Assembly (NCBI GenBank): GCA_034226945.1 | Contig: CP120454.1 | Coordinates: 124,001 to 188,000, forward strand | DNA: 64,000 nucleotides | Reading direction: 5' to 3' | Source of the DNA: Picochlorum sp. SENEW3 | Taxonomy: Eukaryota | In this document: positions 34,715 through 45,519 of the stretch, one piece after another | How positions within the stretch are numbered: the first letter of the stretch is position 1 | How the letters are laid out: every line of letters begins with the position of its first letter | The notes under the pieces: generated by a model | Database searches by the model: none | Seen by the model: the letters and a program-made list of their open reading frames with translations, nothing else | What the model was told of the DNA's origin: nothing | Position numbers and translations under genes: made by a program

Positions 34715-36178
34715 TCAAGGGATGTCATGTTTGAGCAAATACACAAAGGATATCAGCGTATAGGTTAATATCAGCTGAAGTCCTAGCAACCAGTTTGACT
34801 TGCCATCTGATGTGACAAAGTACGCGAGGACAACACTCAGGGTGAGTATTGTGACTGCAAATGGGTCAAAGTTGAGTGTAAATGGTCTTCCAATCACCCA
34901 TCCTACCAGTACGGTTACTGGAAGAACAAAAACCGCAATCTGTATCGATGATCCTACAGCAATGGATATGGCAGCATCCATTTTGTTCTTCAATGCTAAA
35001 AATACTGCTGTGAAATGCTCTGCTGCGTTTCCTGCAATTGGAAGGAGGATTAATCCTAAAAATGATTTGTTGATATGGGTTTTCTCTGAGACTGCTTCGA
35101 TCGCTCCGGTGAGATATTCCGAGCACAGGGCGACTGTAATGGTGACAAGGGTGAGGCCTGTGATGGCCCCAGACACAGAGAGGACTGGTCCGATTTCATA
35201 ACTGTCCAAGAGTGATGCACTGAGTGTAGGGTCTTCGGCATCCGAAAAATGCCTTCCCAGCGAATTCACATGATCTTCTCTCAAGTCATTGGTTGAAAAT
35301 GATTCGCTGTGCGTTTTTAGCTGAAAGAATAGATAGCAAATGTACATGCCTACCAACAGCACTGCAATGCAATGTGACAGCAACTGCAATGTCTCTGGCG
35401 CCATGACATCTGGCCCGTATAGCACCGACGCCATTGTCGGTGTAATCACAGATATACATGCTAAAAATAGAAGAGACGTCGCAGCTTTGTTCCCTGCAGA
35501 ATTAAACTGCTGTGTTTTGAATCTGCTCCCTCCAAAGAAGAAGCAACAGCCCAAAACAAGCAGCAAATTCGATAGGATGGACCCAATCAACGATGCTGCA
35601 ACGACATCCATCAGTCCATGACTCAACGCCGCCAATCCAAGAATCATTTCCACAACGTTTCCAAATGTCGCATTCAACAGGCCCCCAATAGTCTCTCCAA
35701 ACCTCAAAATCAAGTCCTCTGTCAGTTCTCCTAAAATCAAAGCCAGGGGCAATAATGCTAGGAAATTTGCCGCAAATACAATCGATGGGGACCATTTCAG
35801 AATACCACCCGCAATCCCAACAGGCACCGCAAGCAACAGAATATTGAGTTTCGAAGACCCTAGCATCTGAATCAGGTGTACAATGTCACTCCAAGGACTG
35901 AACCCCCCCGGAGCTCCTATATGAACCTCGCTATTACTCTCTTCTAACGCCTGTAACCTCTTCATTTTAACTTCTTGCAAATCAAATGGGAAACCACCCC
36001 ATACGATACTGTTGGGTGGCTCCCTTGACGCTAATGCTGCCTTGACTGCGAGTCTCCACAATCCCCTCGGGGTTCTGGGAGAACCCAAAGGGTCATTTGC
36101 ATCATGAAAGTCAAAACCTTCCTCTTCCTCCGCCGCACGTGCGGATGCAGCCATAATAGCCTGAGTAAAAGACGTCAT
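34715..36178 (-). CDS. CAX: Ca2+/H+ exchanger (CAX family)
   Basis: Alpha repeats LNATFGNVVE and PIAGNAAEH, GSILSNLLLVLG, GSSIQIA; many TM helices. Confidence 0.95.
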   Translation of the reverse strand: MTSFTQAIMAASARAAEEEEGFDFHDANDPLGSPRTPRGLWRLAVKAALASREPPNSIVWGGFPFDLQEVKMKRLQALEESNSEVHIGAPGGFSPWSDIVHLIQMLGSSKLNILLLAVPVGIAGGILKWSPSIVFAANFLALLPLALILGELTEDLILRFGETIGGLLNATFGNVVEMILGLAALSHGLMDVVAASLIGSILSNLLLVLGCCFFFGGSRFKTQQFNSAGNKAATSLLFLACISVITPTMASVLYGPDVMAPETLQLLSHCIAVLLVGMYICYLFFQLKTHSESFSTNDLREDHVNSLGRHFSDAEDPTLSASLLDSYEIGPVLSVSGAITGLTLVTITVALCSEYLTGAIEAVSEKTHINKSFLGLILLPIAGNAAEHFTAVFLALKNKMDAAISIAVGSSIQIAVFVLPVTVLVGWVIGRPFTLNFDPFAVTILTLSVVLAYFVTSDGKSNWLLGLQLILTYTLISFVYLLKHDIP

Positions 36179-36458
36179 TGTTGCTGTCGTGAGGGACCGA
36201 ATTACTGGACGTTCATGAATGAACGATTCCCCTCTTTCCCCTGACCTGTGCTTTTCAAGAGCGTTTTACACTATTTGTAAATGTGATACTCTGGCGTATC
36301 CGTGGTATACACTCGCTGGTCTTTCAATTCCGTCTCAACGGAATTAAAAAAACTAGTTTTGCTCGGCAAGGCCACGTTTTTCCTCTTGTGTGTCTTCTGG
36401 TGTCGTTCAATCGACAATTCTGAAATTTCATACAGTGCCTTTTTGTCTATGGTACTGA

Positions 36459-36935
36459 ATGCAAGTAAAAATCGCATCAATAAATAGATGTGCATGCATA
36501 AATCAACGGCATAGTACCACGTCTCTCAAAAAGGCAGAGTTCTGTCTGTGTTTTTTGCCTCTTGGGAGGAGAGGCAGGCATGGGGTTGTGCTGTGTCATG
36601 GACATGAAGAACAGTCTGTCGAAAAGAAGCTGATTGCAGAAAAGCTGTTGACACCGCTCCCTGAAGGGATACGGTTCTGTGTCTTGTGTGGGTGTGGTGA
36701 TGGTATTGTTCCTTGCCCTCGGTGCGAGGGGAGAGGGGTGGTTCTGACGAGGCCAGGTGGAGCTGGGGTGGCTGGGGCTGTTGGTCAGGCGCGGTGTAAA
36801 ATGTGCTCTGGTCTGGTACGTTGGTGAAGCAATCATCATGCTCTTTTTTTCCGGCTGGTCATGGTGATGCTTGTGTGTTTATAGGGAAAGGTGCCTTGCA
36901 TCATATGCGCTGGATCCGAGGGCAGCATGTCATAA
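36459..36935 (+). CDS. Small DnaJ-like zinc-finger protein (CxxCxGxG repeats), probably plastid; 2 exons
   Basis: CVLCGCGDG, CPRCEGRG and CKMCSGL|GKVPCIICAG through an in-frame intron 36816-36884. Confidence 0.7.
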
Positions 36936-37171
36936 CGGGATATATATATCCTATAGGTATGTACTATACTACTAGTATGAGAATCATGGTGGCGCCTATT
37001 GATCGTCGTGCATGCACGTGTTGATGGCATGTATGCTCTCGGTGCCACCGTAGAACATGTATGGGTTTTTGCAGACCTTTGTGGCATGATATGTTGCCAT
37101 CTTGGCCAGAAACGGACCGAACATTTCTTTCAAATATGTGCAGTGCTGATTCTATGTGTTCTTAAAAATGA

Positions 37172-38617
37172 TTAATTTGCGAATCTAAATGTCAAAATGT
37201 CACCTTCATTGACAAGATACTCTTTTCCTTCAAGTCTCAACACTCCTTTTTCCTTGGCTCCGGAAAACCCTCCAGCGCTAATATAGTCATCATATGCTAC
37301 GGTTTCTGCTCTAATGAATCCTTTCTCAAAGTCTGTGTGGATCACTCCAGCTGCTTGCGGGGCTGTGCTTCCCATTCGCACTGTCCATGCTCGGGTCTCT
37401 TGTTCTCCAGTGGTAAAGTATGTCAGGAGGCCAAGTTGCTTGTAGGTTGCTCTGATCAGACTCTTCAAACCACCTTCTTCTACTCCTAGATCATTGAGAT
37501 ACTCTGCAGCTTCTGCGGGCTCGAGTTCATTCAGCTCTGCTTCGACCTGTGCAGAGACAACAACAACATCAGACCCTTCAGCAGCAGCCTTCTTCTTCAA
37601 GGCTTGTACATGGACATTATCAGCCCCTTGATTCGCAAGGTCTTCCTCGCCCACATTCGCAGCATAAATCATGGGTTTCTTTGTCAAAAGACAGAGCACT
37701 TTGACGAGACTTTCTTCATCTTCATTCAGCTCTACAGACCGAGCAGGGAGGCCTTGTTCCAATGCATCAAGAATCTTTTGCAATGCAGCAGCCTCCATCT
37801 CATTCTGCTTCTTCTCTTCTGGTTTTGGTGCTCTCCCTTTCTTCAACTTTTCCATTCGTTTTTCAATCTGGGCCACGTCAGACAAGGCAAGTTCAAAATT
37901 GATGACATCTGTGTCCTCCAATGGATCAACTTTGCCAGCAACATGCACAACATCATCGTTATCAAAGCAGCGAACGACTTGAACGATCGAATCACATTCT
38001 CTAATGTTGGCTAAAAACTGATTGCCCAATCCCTCTCCTTTGGATGCTCCCTTGACAAGCCCAGCAATATCCACAAACTCGACAGATGTTGGGACTGTCC
38101 TCTGGGAGTTGGCAATCTCAGCAAGAGCGTCCAGTCGTGGATCAGGCACAGCCACCATCCCCACATTTGGCTCAATCGTACAGAAGGGAAAGTTTGCAGC
38201 CTGCGCTTTTCCATTCTCACAAATAGCATTGAACATGGTGGACTGCACCCACAAGAACCACCAACTTGAAGTAGTTCAGAATGCTAGATAATCAAGACAC
38301 ATTCTAAGACATTCAATAGGTATATCACGTACCTTTCCAACATTTGGTAGCCCCACAATACCGTTTTTCAGCGCTGCAGTCACAACTGAAGTTCTGAAGC
38401 CTCTGGCTCCGCCAATTCGGACTGAAGCGCTCGACTGATCTATCGCCCTGCCGGTGAAAGAAACATCCCGCATTGGCAATGATTTGGAATATGAGCTCCC
38501 ATGAGCCCTTGATGGGGCGCTCATGAGTGAGAGCCTGCGCAGTCCAGAGCAGACTGGGAAGCGAGAGGCTCTCAAGAGTTTGGTATTTCCTGCATGCATC
38601 GCGCCAGAAAGGACCAT
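37172..38617 (-). CDS. ychF: YchF/Obg-like ATPase (EngD), organelle-targeted; 2 exons
   Basis: GIVGLPNVGK|ST, NFPFCTIEPN, DIAGLVKGASKGEGLGNQFL, and TGS domain APQAAGVIHTDFEKGFIRAE. Confidence 0.95.
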
Positions 38618-38642
38618 ATCTTACACGTAAATTATCAAAGTG

Positions 38643-41600
38643 TTACTCTGGGGATCTGGTACCGAAAATTTGATCAAGATTGATGGATTTCACTTTTGAA
38701 GCAGGAGCCCAAAATGGCTTGGATGCAAGAGGTTCAACATGGTTCACCATGGACCTACATTCTGGTGCTCCACAGCTGCAAGGAAGTATTTCTTCACCAC
38801 AGAAACGATAATCATATGTGAGTTCTTCACCTGGCTCGATGTCTCTGAGAGCAAAGATGATCACGTGATCCACAGGATTGGAGTTTGCATCCTTGACAGA
38901 AATGGTCCTTGATGCACAATTTGGGCTACAAGAATGGTTTAGCAAGTGAGCCAAGTTGCCTGATCGGGTGGCATCGACACAGAATTCTGTATTAAGGCGA
39001 AAGACGTATGTTCCTGCTCCGACAAGCGTATCGTACAGTCGCATTTCGCGCATTTCTGCAACAGATGGCCTGACAAGCTCCCCAACGTATTCAATCACCA
39101 TGTCACCCTCTTTTATCCTCTTGGTGGTGAATGCTCCCCATCCATGGATGGCACTTTTTCCTGGAAGAACATACTTTTTCCAAGATGCGTTCATGCTGTT
39201 GAAGTTTTCAGACATTGATCTGATTCTTTTGGCAGATGCCATGTCCCATGAGGCGGTGACTGTCTTCACTCCATCCTTCTTGCCCGATTTGCTCACGAGT
39301 CCATCCATGTCTGTAATACATTCTGAGGCTGGATACTTTGGCACAGAACAATGTTCAGTAGACTGAAGAGTCGGACACGGACCTCCGAGTGCCATGGCCT
39401 GTGGCTGAACATAGGACTTTTTAAACATTTTGTTATTCCTGCAGTTCAATATCCACGACATGGCATCTCTGTGTCTGAAAGTCGGCTCTTCAATCTCAAC
39501 AATACTGTTGCTTGCATCATTGGAAGAACTGTTTCTACTCTTTAATGCTTTGTTTGTAGAATGCTTGGGGCAGAATGCCATCAATCTACCTCCACTGATG
39601 ACAGTACCCTTCTTTTGCTTTTTCTTTCCTTGCCTCTTCTGCTTTTTCAAGGGAGGCCCCGACTCTTGATTTTCACTCGAGTTGCCATCTGACGCAGTAA
39701 AATCATCATCATCATCTTCTCCATCCGAGTAGACGAGTTCGTGATCGCATCCATGGGATTTTGCACACATGTAATGGAAAGCACTATAGCATTCTGGACC
39801 TTCCGCACAGCATTGCACGACAGCTCCATAGCGTTGTTTGCAGATGCAGCATTTTGTACCACGTCTAGATTTATGTATTAGATCAATGCCCTCGACCAAG
39901 CCGTTCAAATGCAGATGTGTAGCTTCTCTCATGATGACAGTCTCAGGAAGCCAGAGTGCACAAACAGGATGGCACCACTTGCCGCATGTCGTACGTTTCA
40001 TGGCGCCCCCAGAAACAGGGCAGATAGCGCATGCTGGTCTTTCATGTTCTTTAGGATGCGATTTGCAAACATCGCATAGCCAAAGACTACCATGAGGAGC
40101 CTCCTTCACACAATAGCATGACATGTGGACACAGCTTTTGCATCCATCACACTGTATAATATAGTCCTCCTCGTCTTCCTCGACATCGCCGCATATTTCA
40201 CACTCAAATGGTCTAGTGGATCCCATTTTAACTGCTTTCACACCCGCAGGCAGCTGGCAAAGTGCCATCTCTTGGAGAAGACTATTGCTGGGATCTGACA
40301 CAGGCACCTTTACTGCTGATGCCATTATACTCTCAATCTTCTTTTTCACCTGCTGCCCAAGATTTTGGCATTTAATGGCATTTGGAAGTGCCAAGATTGC
40401 CTGAAATACGTTTGCTTTGTCAAGACCAAGGACTCGTGCGCCTACAGCGTTGTACCATGAGCCTTGTGAGGTTGCGTATGGCAGACTCTGGAGGAAGCCA
40501 TGAAATATGATCGAAGACCCTATTGCTTCGCATTCATTGACAGTATCTACAGTGATTCGAAAGACGGGTTCGCCATTCTTTTCCTTCGGTGGCAGTATTT
40601 CAATCACGTGCTCCACCCTTTCAGCCGGGCTAAAAACAGATTTCATTTTTCTCTCCACCTTGTACCCCAACGGCCATATATAGCTTTCAGAGTGGAACTG
40701 AGGATTATTCCACACTATTTCGCCTAGGTTATGCACCCGAAAGTTCTTGACATTGAGGCGTTTGAGAACAGCATCTGCTTCAGAAGAACCATCCCCGTTG
40801 TTACTCATTGCATCACTTGATTTTTTGAAGTATTTACTGATTTTTTCGTTTTGATCAATCTTTAATCTTTTTTTTGAAGATCCTCCGGACGCTGCTACAG
40901 ACTCATTTTTCTTCAGCGGCAAGGTGTTTTGACCATCATCATTAAAGTATGCAAAGTCAAACTGTGCTAGAATGCTGCTGGGTATGACCCCATCCTGAAT
41001 CACGATACACCAACACACGTCAGTTTATTATCCGTTTTTGTTATATATATACGTACACACATACCTTGGCATATGCTTTGATTTCTTCCAAAGCTGCTGG
41101 CCAATATTTCTTCTGTTTGACCAAATGACACCCCTTCCGAATGCCATCACCAAAAGAGTACACCTTGTCTATTGGAGCCAATATCCTATCATATGAACCA
41201 AAGAAGTACACAGCCACATATTGGTGCTTTGAAGAAGGTCTATTGCAAGTCTGCTCGTTCAACATGTGATCTGGTGATACAACCAGACCCGGCCAATGAG
41301 GGTGTTTGAAAGCCTTTGCCCATACGGGCTGACCAGGCCTAAAGTCGGTCGTCTCCAGCCACGAGGGAAAATAACGACATACATGAGGGTTTGCATTGTC
41401 TACCACTGATGCAATCACTCGTTGTGCAGTCTGAATCACATCCTCAGTGTCATCTATATCTTCACCCTTTGTCTCAAGAATGTGTTGTGCCTCAGTCACC
41501 AACGCTTTCTTCAATTTATCCATTCCTTGTGCAAGGCCGGGCATATATCCTTTTTTATACCAACCTTGTGTTATTCCTTTGTTCAGCACGGAATACACCT

Positions 41601-42024
41601 CGTACATCCTCCCAAGACTCGGTCTTGGCGGCAAAGCGGCTTCAGCCTGCATAAGCACACGTACCCTGACTCCGGCCAATGGCACAGTGAGTGTCTTACC
41701 ATCATCGAATTGAACCACGTGAACTCCCTTCTCTTCGCGATACGCTTGGCCCATCCCGTGATGCCACACCTCCTCAGCAGTGCAAAAGAGCATCAGCTTC
41801 TTTCCCACTGCATATAATGGGTCGACAGTCCACCCCATCCCCAGTTCAACATAAAACGTACGAGATTCCTTTGCACTGTCATAAATTGAAACTATCTCGT
41901 GCATCTCATCCGTAGGGGCACTTGGAGCAGTCGTTTGACCCCCTTTTTCCATACTCAAGTCAGGCGTCCCTGGTCTTTTCTGACCTTGGCAAGGCTGGTT
42001 CTGCTCTGATCCTTCAGAATTCAT
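38643..42024 (-). CDS. ATX: Trithorax-like H3K4 methyltransferase ATX1/2 type (Tudor-PWWP-FYR-PHD-ePHD-SET-postSET); 2 exons
   Basis: VWAKAFKHPHWPG (PWWP), IWPLGY (FYRN), two PHD fingers, KSAIHGWG, LLNHSCSPNC, EELTYDY, CSCGAPECR. Confidence 0.9.
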
Positions 42025-42660
42025 AATTTTATCTCTATTCTGTGGATATCATTCAAAAGGCTCCAGAATCCACTTCCTCGTAGTCCACGAATTGAATCCT
42101 AGTATAACAACCGAATCGCTAAAGTTGGAAAAAGACCTTCTGCATCCCTCTGAAGGGAATATTCGCCTTCAAATTAAGTAAATGGATTCGTTATATCGAT
42201 CAAAATGGTCTCCTGAGGCTGATTTCGCGTGACGAGAACCTTCGAGCATGAATTCCACGTTCGAGGCTTACCTTGCTGCCCTTTTAGCCACAGAATAGCC
42301 AACCCGACCCTATTCTGAATCTCTTCTGAACAATTTTATCGGAATATACGTGAAAATGAGGTTCTTGCGGCTACATGGGGGATGCCCCATGGTGGCATCT
42401 GATGTCCAATCGTCCCTGTCCGGCAGACTCTTGTGCCGTACGGACGGTTCTCGTTGACTTCTTCTGCCTTGTGCAGGTTTGCAATGCCGAAACTTTGTGC
42501 ACCCGAACATCCTCCGTCCTAGTGGAACTCCAGCTATTGGAGAAGGAATCCCAAACATGGTACTTTACGGATCAAGCATTGACCTTTGTATGCAGCATCC
42601 TCACTTGAGGTGCACTTACCGACAGGTGCATTTTCTGCTGGTAGTAGTACTCACATCGTG

Positions 42661-44559
42661 TTACAAAAAAGAAGAGATATACAGGCACAACAAGGCAGAT
42701 ATCATGTATGGTAATGCGGAAGCAGAAGACTCCATCGATGGCTCACTACTACTTGCCGTCTCCTCAGGTGCAACATCTTCCAAAATGGCACTACTGGCCA
42801 ACACAGTTGGTTCGAAATTGGTTACTGCATCCGTCACTGCCTGTAAGATGATGTTTGGAGTTGCTGAACCCCCGTATTCACCTTCCCAGGTGAGGAGTGG
42901 ACTGTCCATACCCTTGCTCATCAACTGGGAAGTCAATGCTGATAGATAGCTGTAGGCTACCACAGGAAAGTCTGGCCTCACAGCTATCCCGATTGGGTCA
43001 TCCATAGTTGTATCAGTGGCAACTTCTACAAGCCCATCAAATTGTACGTGAGACACCCACAAAAGCCCAATACACTCTCCCCTGAGTATTGCTGCTTCCG
43101 CTTCTGCTCTCGTCTCAAATGGAATCAGATTCGCACCATACTTTTCTCCAGCAGGATTTTGGGCAGAGGCCGTCACTGTACAGACATCCTGTCCATCCAT
43201 GTATTCAAGAGTCGCATTCTCGGGCACAGAGTCGGCTTCGTTGGAGGGAAGATACAATGCAGGCCCAGCACTAAAGTAAAATGGTTGGACAAAATATACC
43301 TCAGAAAGCCTTTCTTGATTCACCACAATCGATCCAATGCTGATATCAGCCTTACCATCGTTTATAAGTGACAGCCTTTCATCAACAGTATTAGCAACCA
43401 GAACCTCTGTGCACTGGATGATGCCAGAGGAGCAGATGACTTGAAGCATTTCAATTTCCATCCCTTTCCATGACGAATTCTTCTCGAGGAACGAAACATC
43501 CCCTTCAATACTAGCAAGAGGGAGAGCATTACCTTTGTATACCACAATGGTTGCATTAACGGGGTTTCCAGGAGCAGGCACTGAACGGGATCCATTCACT
43601 GCAGGTGCTTTGGTCCAATCCAAAGCATTGCCGTTACGGGTCAGAAATCCTGTAATTGCAGATGTTGCGAATCCCAAAGTAGCAGGAACATTTACACGTG
43701 ATTCCATGCCACCTTCCGACTGAAACGTGTTATTGGCAATGCTCCACATGGGTGATATTCTTCCAGCCCAGAGCATGCTGACTGCGGCAGCAGTCAAGCT
43801 ATCCACAAGCTCTCGTGATGCATTCTTGTTCACAACAATTCCATACGGAGACGCTCCAATATCAGCTGCCACCCTACTGACTATTCTTAATGGACCATCT
43901 TGGGATCCTCCGTGCCCATCCACAAGCAAAGCAATACATTCTCCATTCTCCATCCTGTCAATAGCCTCAGCCTTTCCTGATACATCCACATACCCCTTGA
44001 TACCATACACATTTTGCAGCGCTTGTGTGGCATAGTGATTAGGATACGCACAGAGAGTTTTGCCCTTCAAATCCTTCCACTCCAACACAGTGTCTCCAAG
44101 TCCCAACAATTCAGTACCAGTGGCAAAGTAGAAAGGTCTGATAAAATCCACCAGCTTTTCCCTCTCAGGAGTCCATGATATGGCCCCGATACTAAAATCC
44201 GCATCGCCATTCACCACAGCACTCAATCGATCATCGATAGTAGTCGTGATGAGTGCTTCATCCAGGGGAGTGCATGCAAGATACGGCTCAATCCCAGCAG
44301 ACACCCACGTTGGAGCCCCAGCAGGTGTTGTAAGATTGCACAGATACCGTACAATATCCACATCCAGACCACTCCACTCATCCGAATCGGCAGACGTAGC
44401 ATTTGAATACGGAAACCCTATAAAACCGCCCTCAAATATCGCCGGTCGGACCAAACCTGTTCCAGTACTGGTCCCTTGAGCAGACACCGAGAGCCCTCCT
44501 CCAACACTCGCCACCAACACATGATGGATCAAGAGCAGATGCAGAGAATTCATCACCAT
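42661..44559 (-). CDS. Secreted, probably GPI-anchored protein with two tandem bacterial-type amino-acid solute-binding domains (SBP_bac_3/PBP2)
   Basis: Signal peptide; twice-repeated W.G.(D/E)..(I/M)...C, RLS....G.AD.SIG.I....ER...V.F..PFYF, (Y/I)GI.V; S/E-rich stalk and hydrophobic C-terminal tail; no introns. Confidence 0.8.
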   Translation of the reverse strand: MVMNSLHLLLIHHVLVASVGGGLSVSAQGTSTGTGLVRPAIFEGGFIGFPYSNATSADSDEWSGLDVDIVRYLCNLTTPAGAPTWVSAGIEPYLACTPLDEALITTTIDDRLSAVVNGDADFSIGAISWTPEREKLVDFIRPFYFATGTELLGLGDTVLEWKDLKGKTLCAYPNHYATQALQNVYGIKGYVDVSGKAEAIDRMENGECIALLVDGHGGSQDGPLRIVSRVAADIGASPYGIVVNKNASRELVDSLTAAAVSMLWAGRISPMWSIANNTFQSEGGMESRVNVPATLGFATSAITGFLTRNGNALDWTKAPAVNGSRSVPAPGNPVNATIVVYKGNALPLASIEGDVSFLEKNSSWKGMEIEMLQVICSSGIIQCTEVLVANTVDERLSLINDGKADISIGSIVVNQERLSEVYFVQPFYFSAGPALYLPSNEADSVPENATLEYMDGQDVCTVTASAQNPAGEKYGANLIPFETRAEAEAAILRGECIGLLWVSHVQFDGLVEVATDTTMDDPIGIAVRPDFPVVAYSYLSALTSQLMSKGMDSPLLTWEGEYGGSATPNIILQAVTDAVTNFEPTVLASSAILEDVAPEETASSSEPSMESSASALPYMISALLCLYISSFL

Positions 44560-45519
44560 GTATTGCTATAAGTATTATATCAATCTTGACAGACGTTTCT
44601 GTATCAATTTGATTCAACTCCGAAAACAAAAAATAATTGATTTTGCGGTGGTTTTTCTCAGTCCAGTTGAATGAAAGCAATTCATGAACTGGGATACATT
44701 CCAATACCTGTGGATCTATCTATCCAAAACCTTTGACCTATTCAGAAAAGAATCTATATGTATTGCTGTTATTGAGCCAAGCTACTGTATCCGCAGATCT
44801 CGAGGCAAGATCTCTTATTATTTGAAACTGTTTCAAACTAGGAGTCTGGACTGCCTATTCCCCGTCGTAGTACAGTTGTTCTCTACACACCCATTCGCAT
44901 GACAACAAATATAGTGACATACCATCCATATAGAAGAAGGAGCACGGCGCCATGGACAGAGCGTATGCAGGAGATTGACAAGGACAGTTGTCAACTGTCT
45001 CTTCAAAGCGCAACTGTGTCCCGTCAAAGAAGCCTTTGGAAGGGTCGTTGGTCAAAGGCGCCTTCCATGCATGAATTTGGGATGCCACGTGCATACGAGT
45101 TCCCCATTCAGGGGCTCAGTGTATCATACATATAATTATAAAATACATTTATATTATTATATAAGAGTGTCCGTGCTTGATTGGACTGTGGGTGTTTGTC
45201 AGAGAACAAGCGGACGAAACAGGACAATCGAAGAGAAACACGCCGAGTGTTCTGCAGCCGTTTTCCTATTAGATTGGGTACGCTATACTACATAGTAAAG
45301 TATTTTGAATGAAAATATTGCAACTGTGTTGGGTGTGGGGCGTTGGAGCGAAAGTGGACAAAGGACCCCAGTTCCTGGGGGTGGCGCCCTTGGTTTGAAA
45401 GTGGCCACTTTTGTTCATGGACAGTCGAGACGTCATTTTCCCGAGACGGGTCGGCCAGTCTGGGCATTGCGGTCATTGATTCTCTCTAATTTATATATTG
45501 TATTGTATTCAGATCAAAT

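Noticed and set aside
45083..45118. TGCCACGTGCATACG and GGGGCTCA recall segments of vertebrate RNase MRP RNA
   Set aside because: No GAAAGUCCCC-type CR-I element and the spacing is far too short; it forms only a local hairpin, so probably chance.
45169..45220. GTCCG...CGGACGAAAC resembling hammerhead ribozyme stem II plus GAAA
   Set aside because: The required CUGANGA core is absent upstream of the stem.
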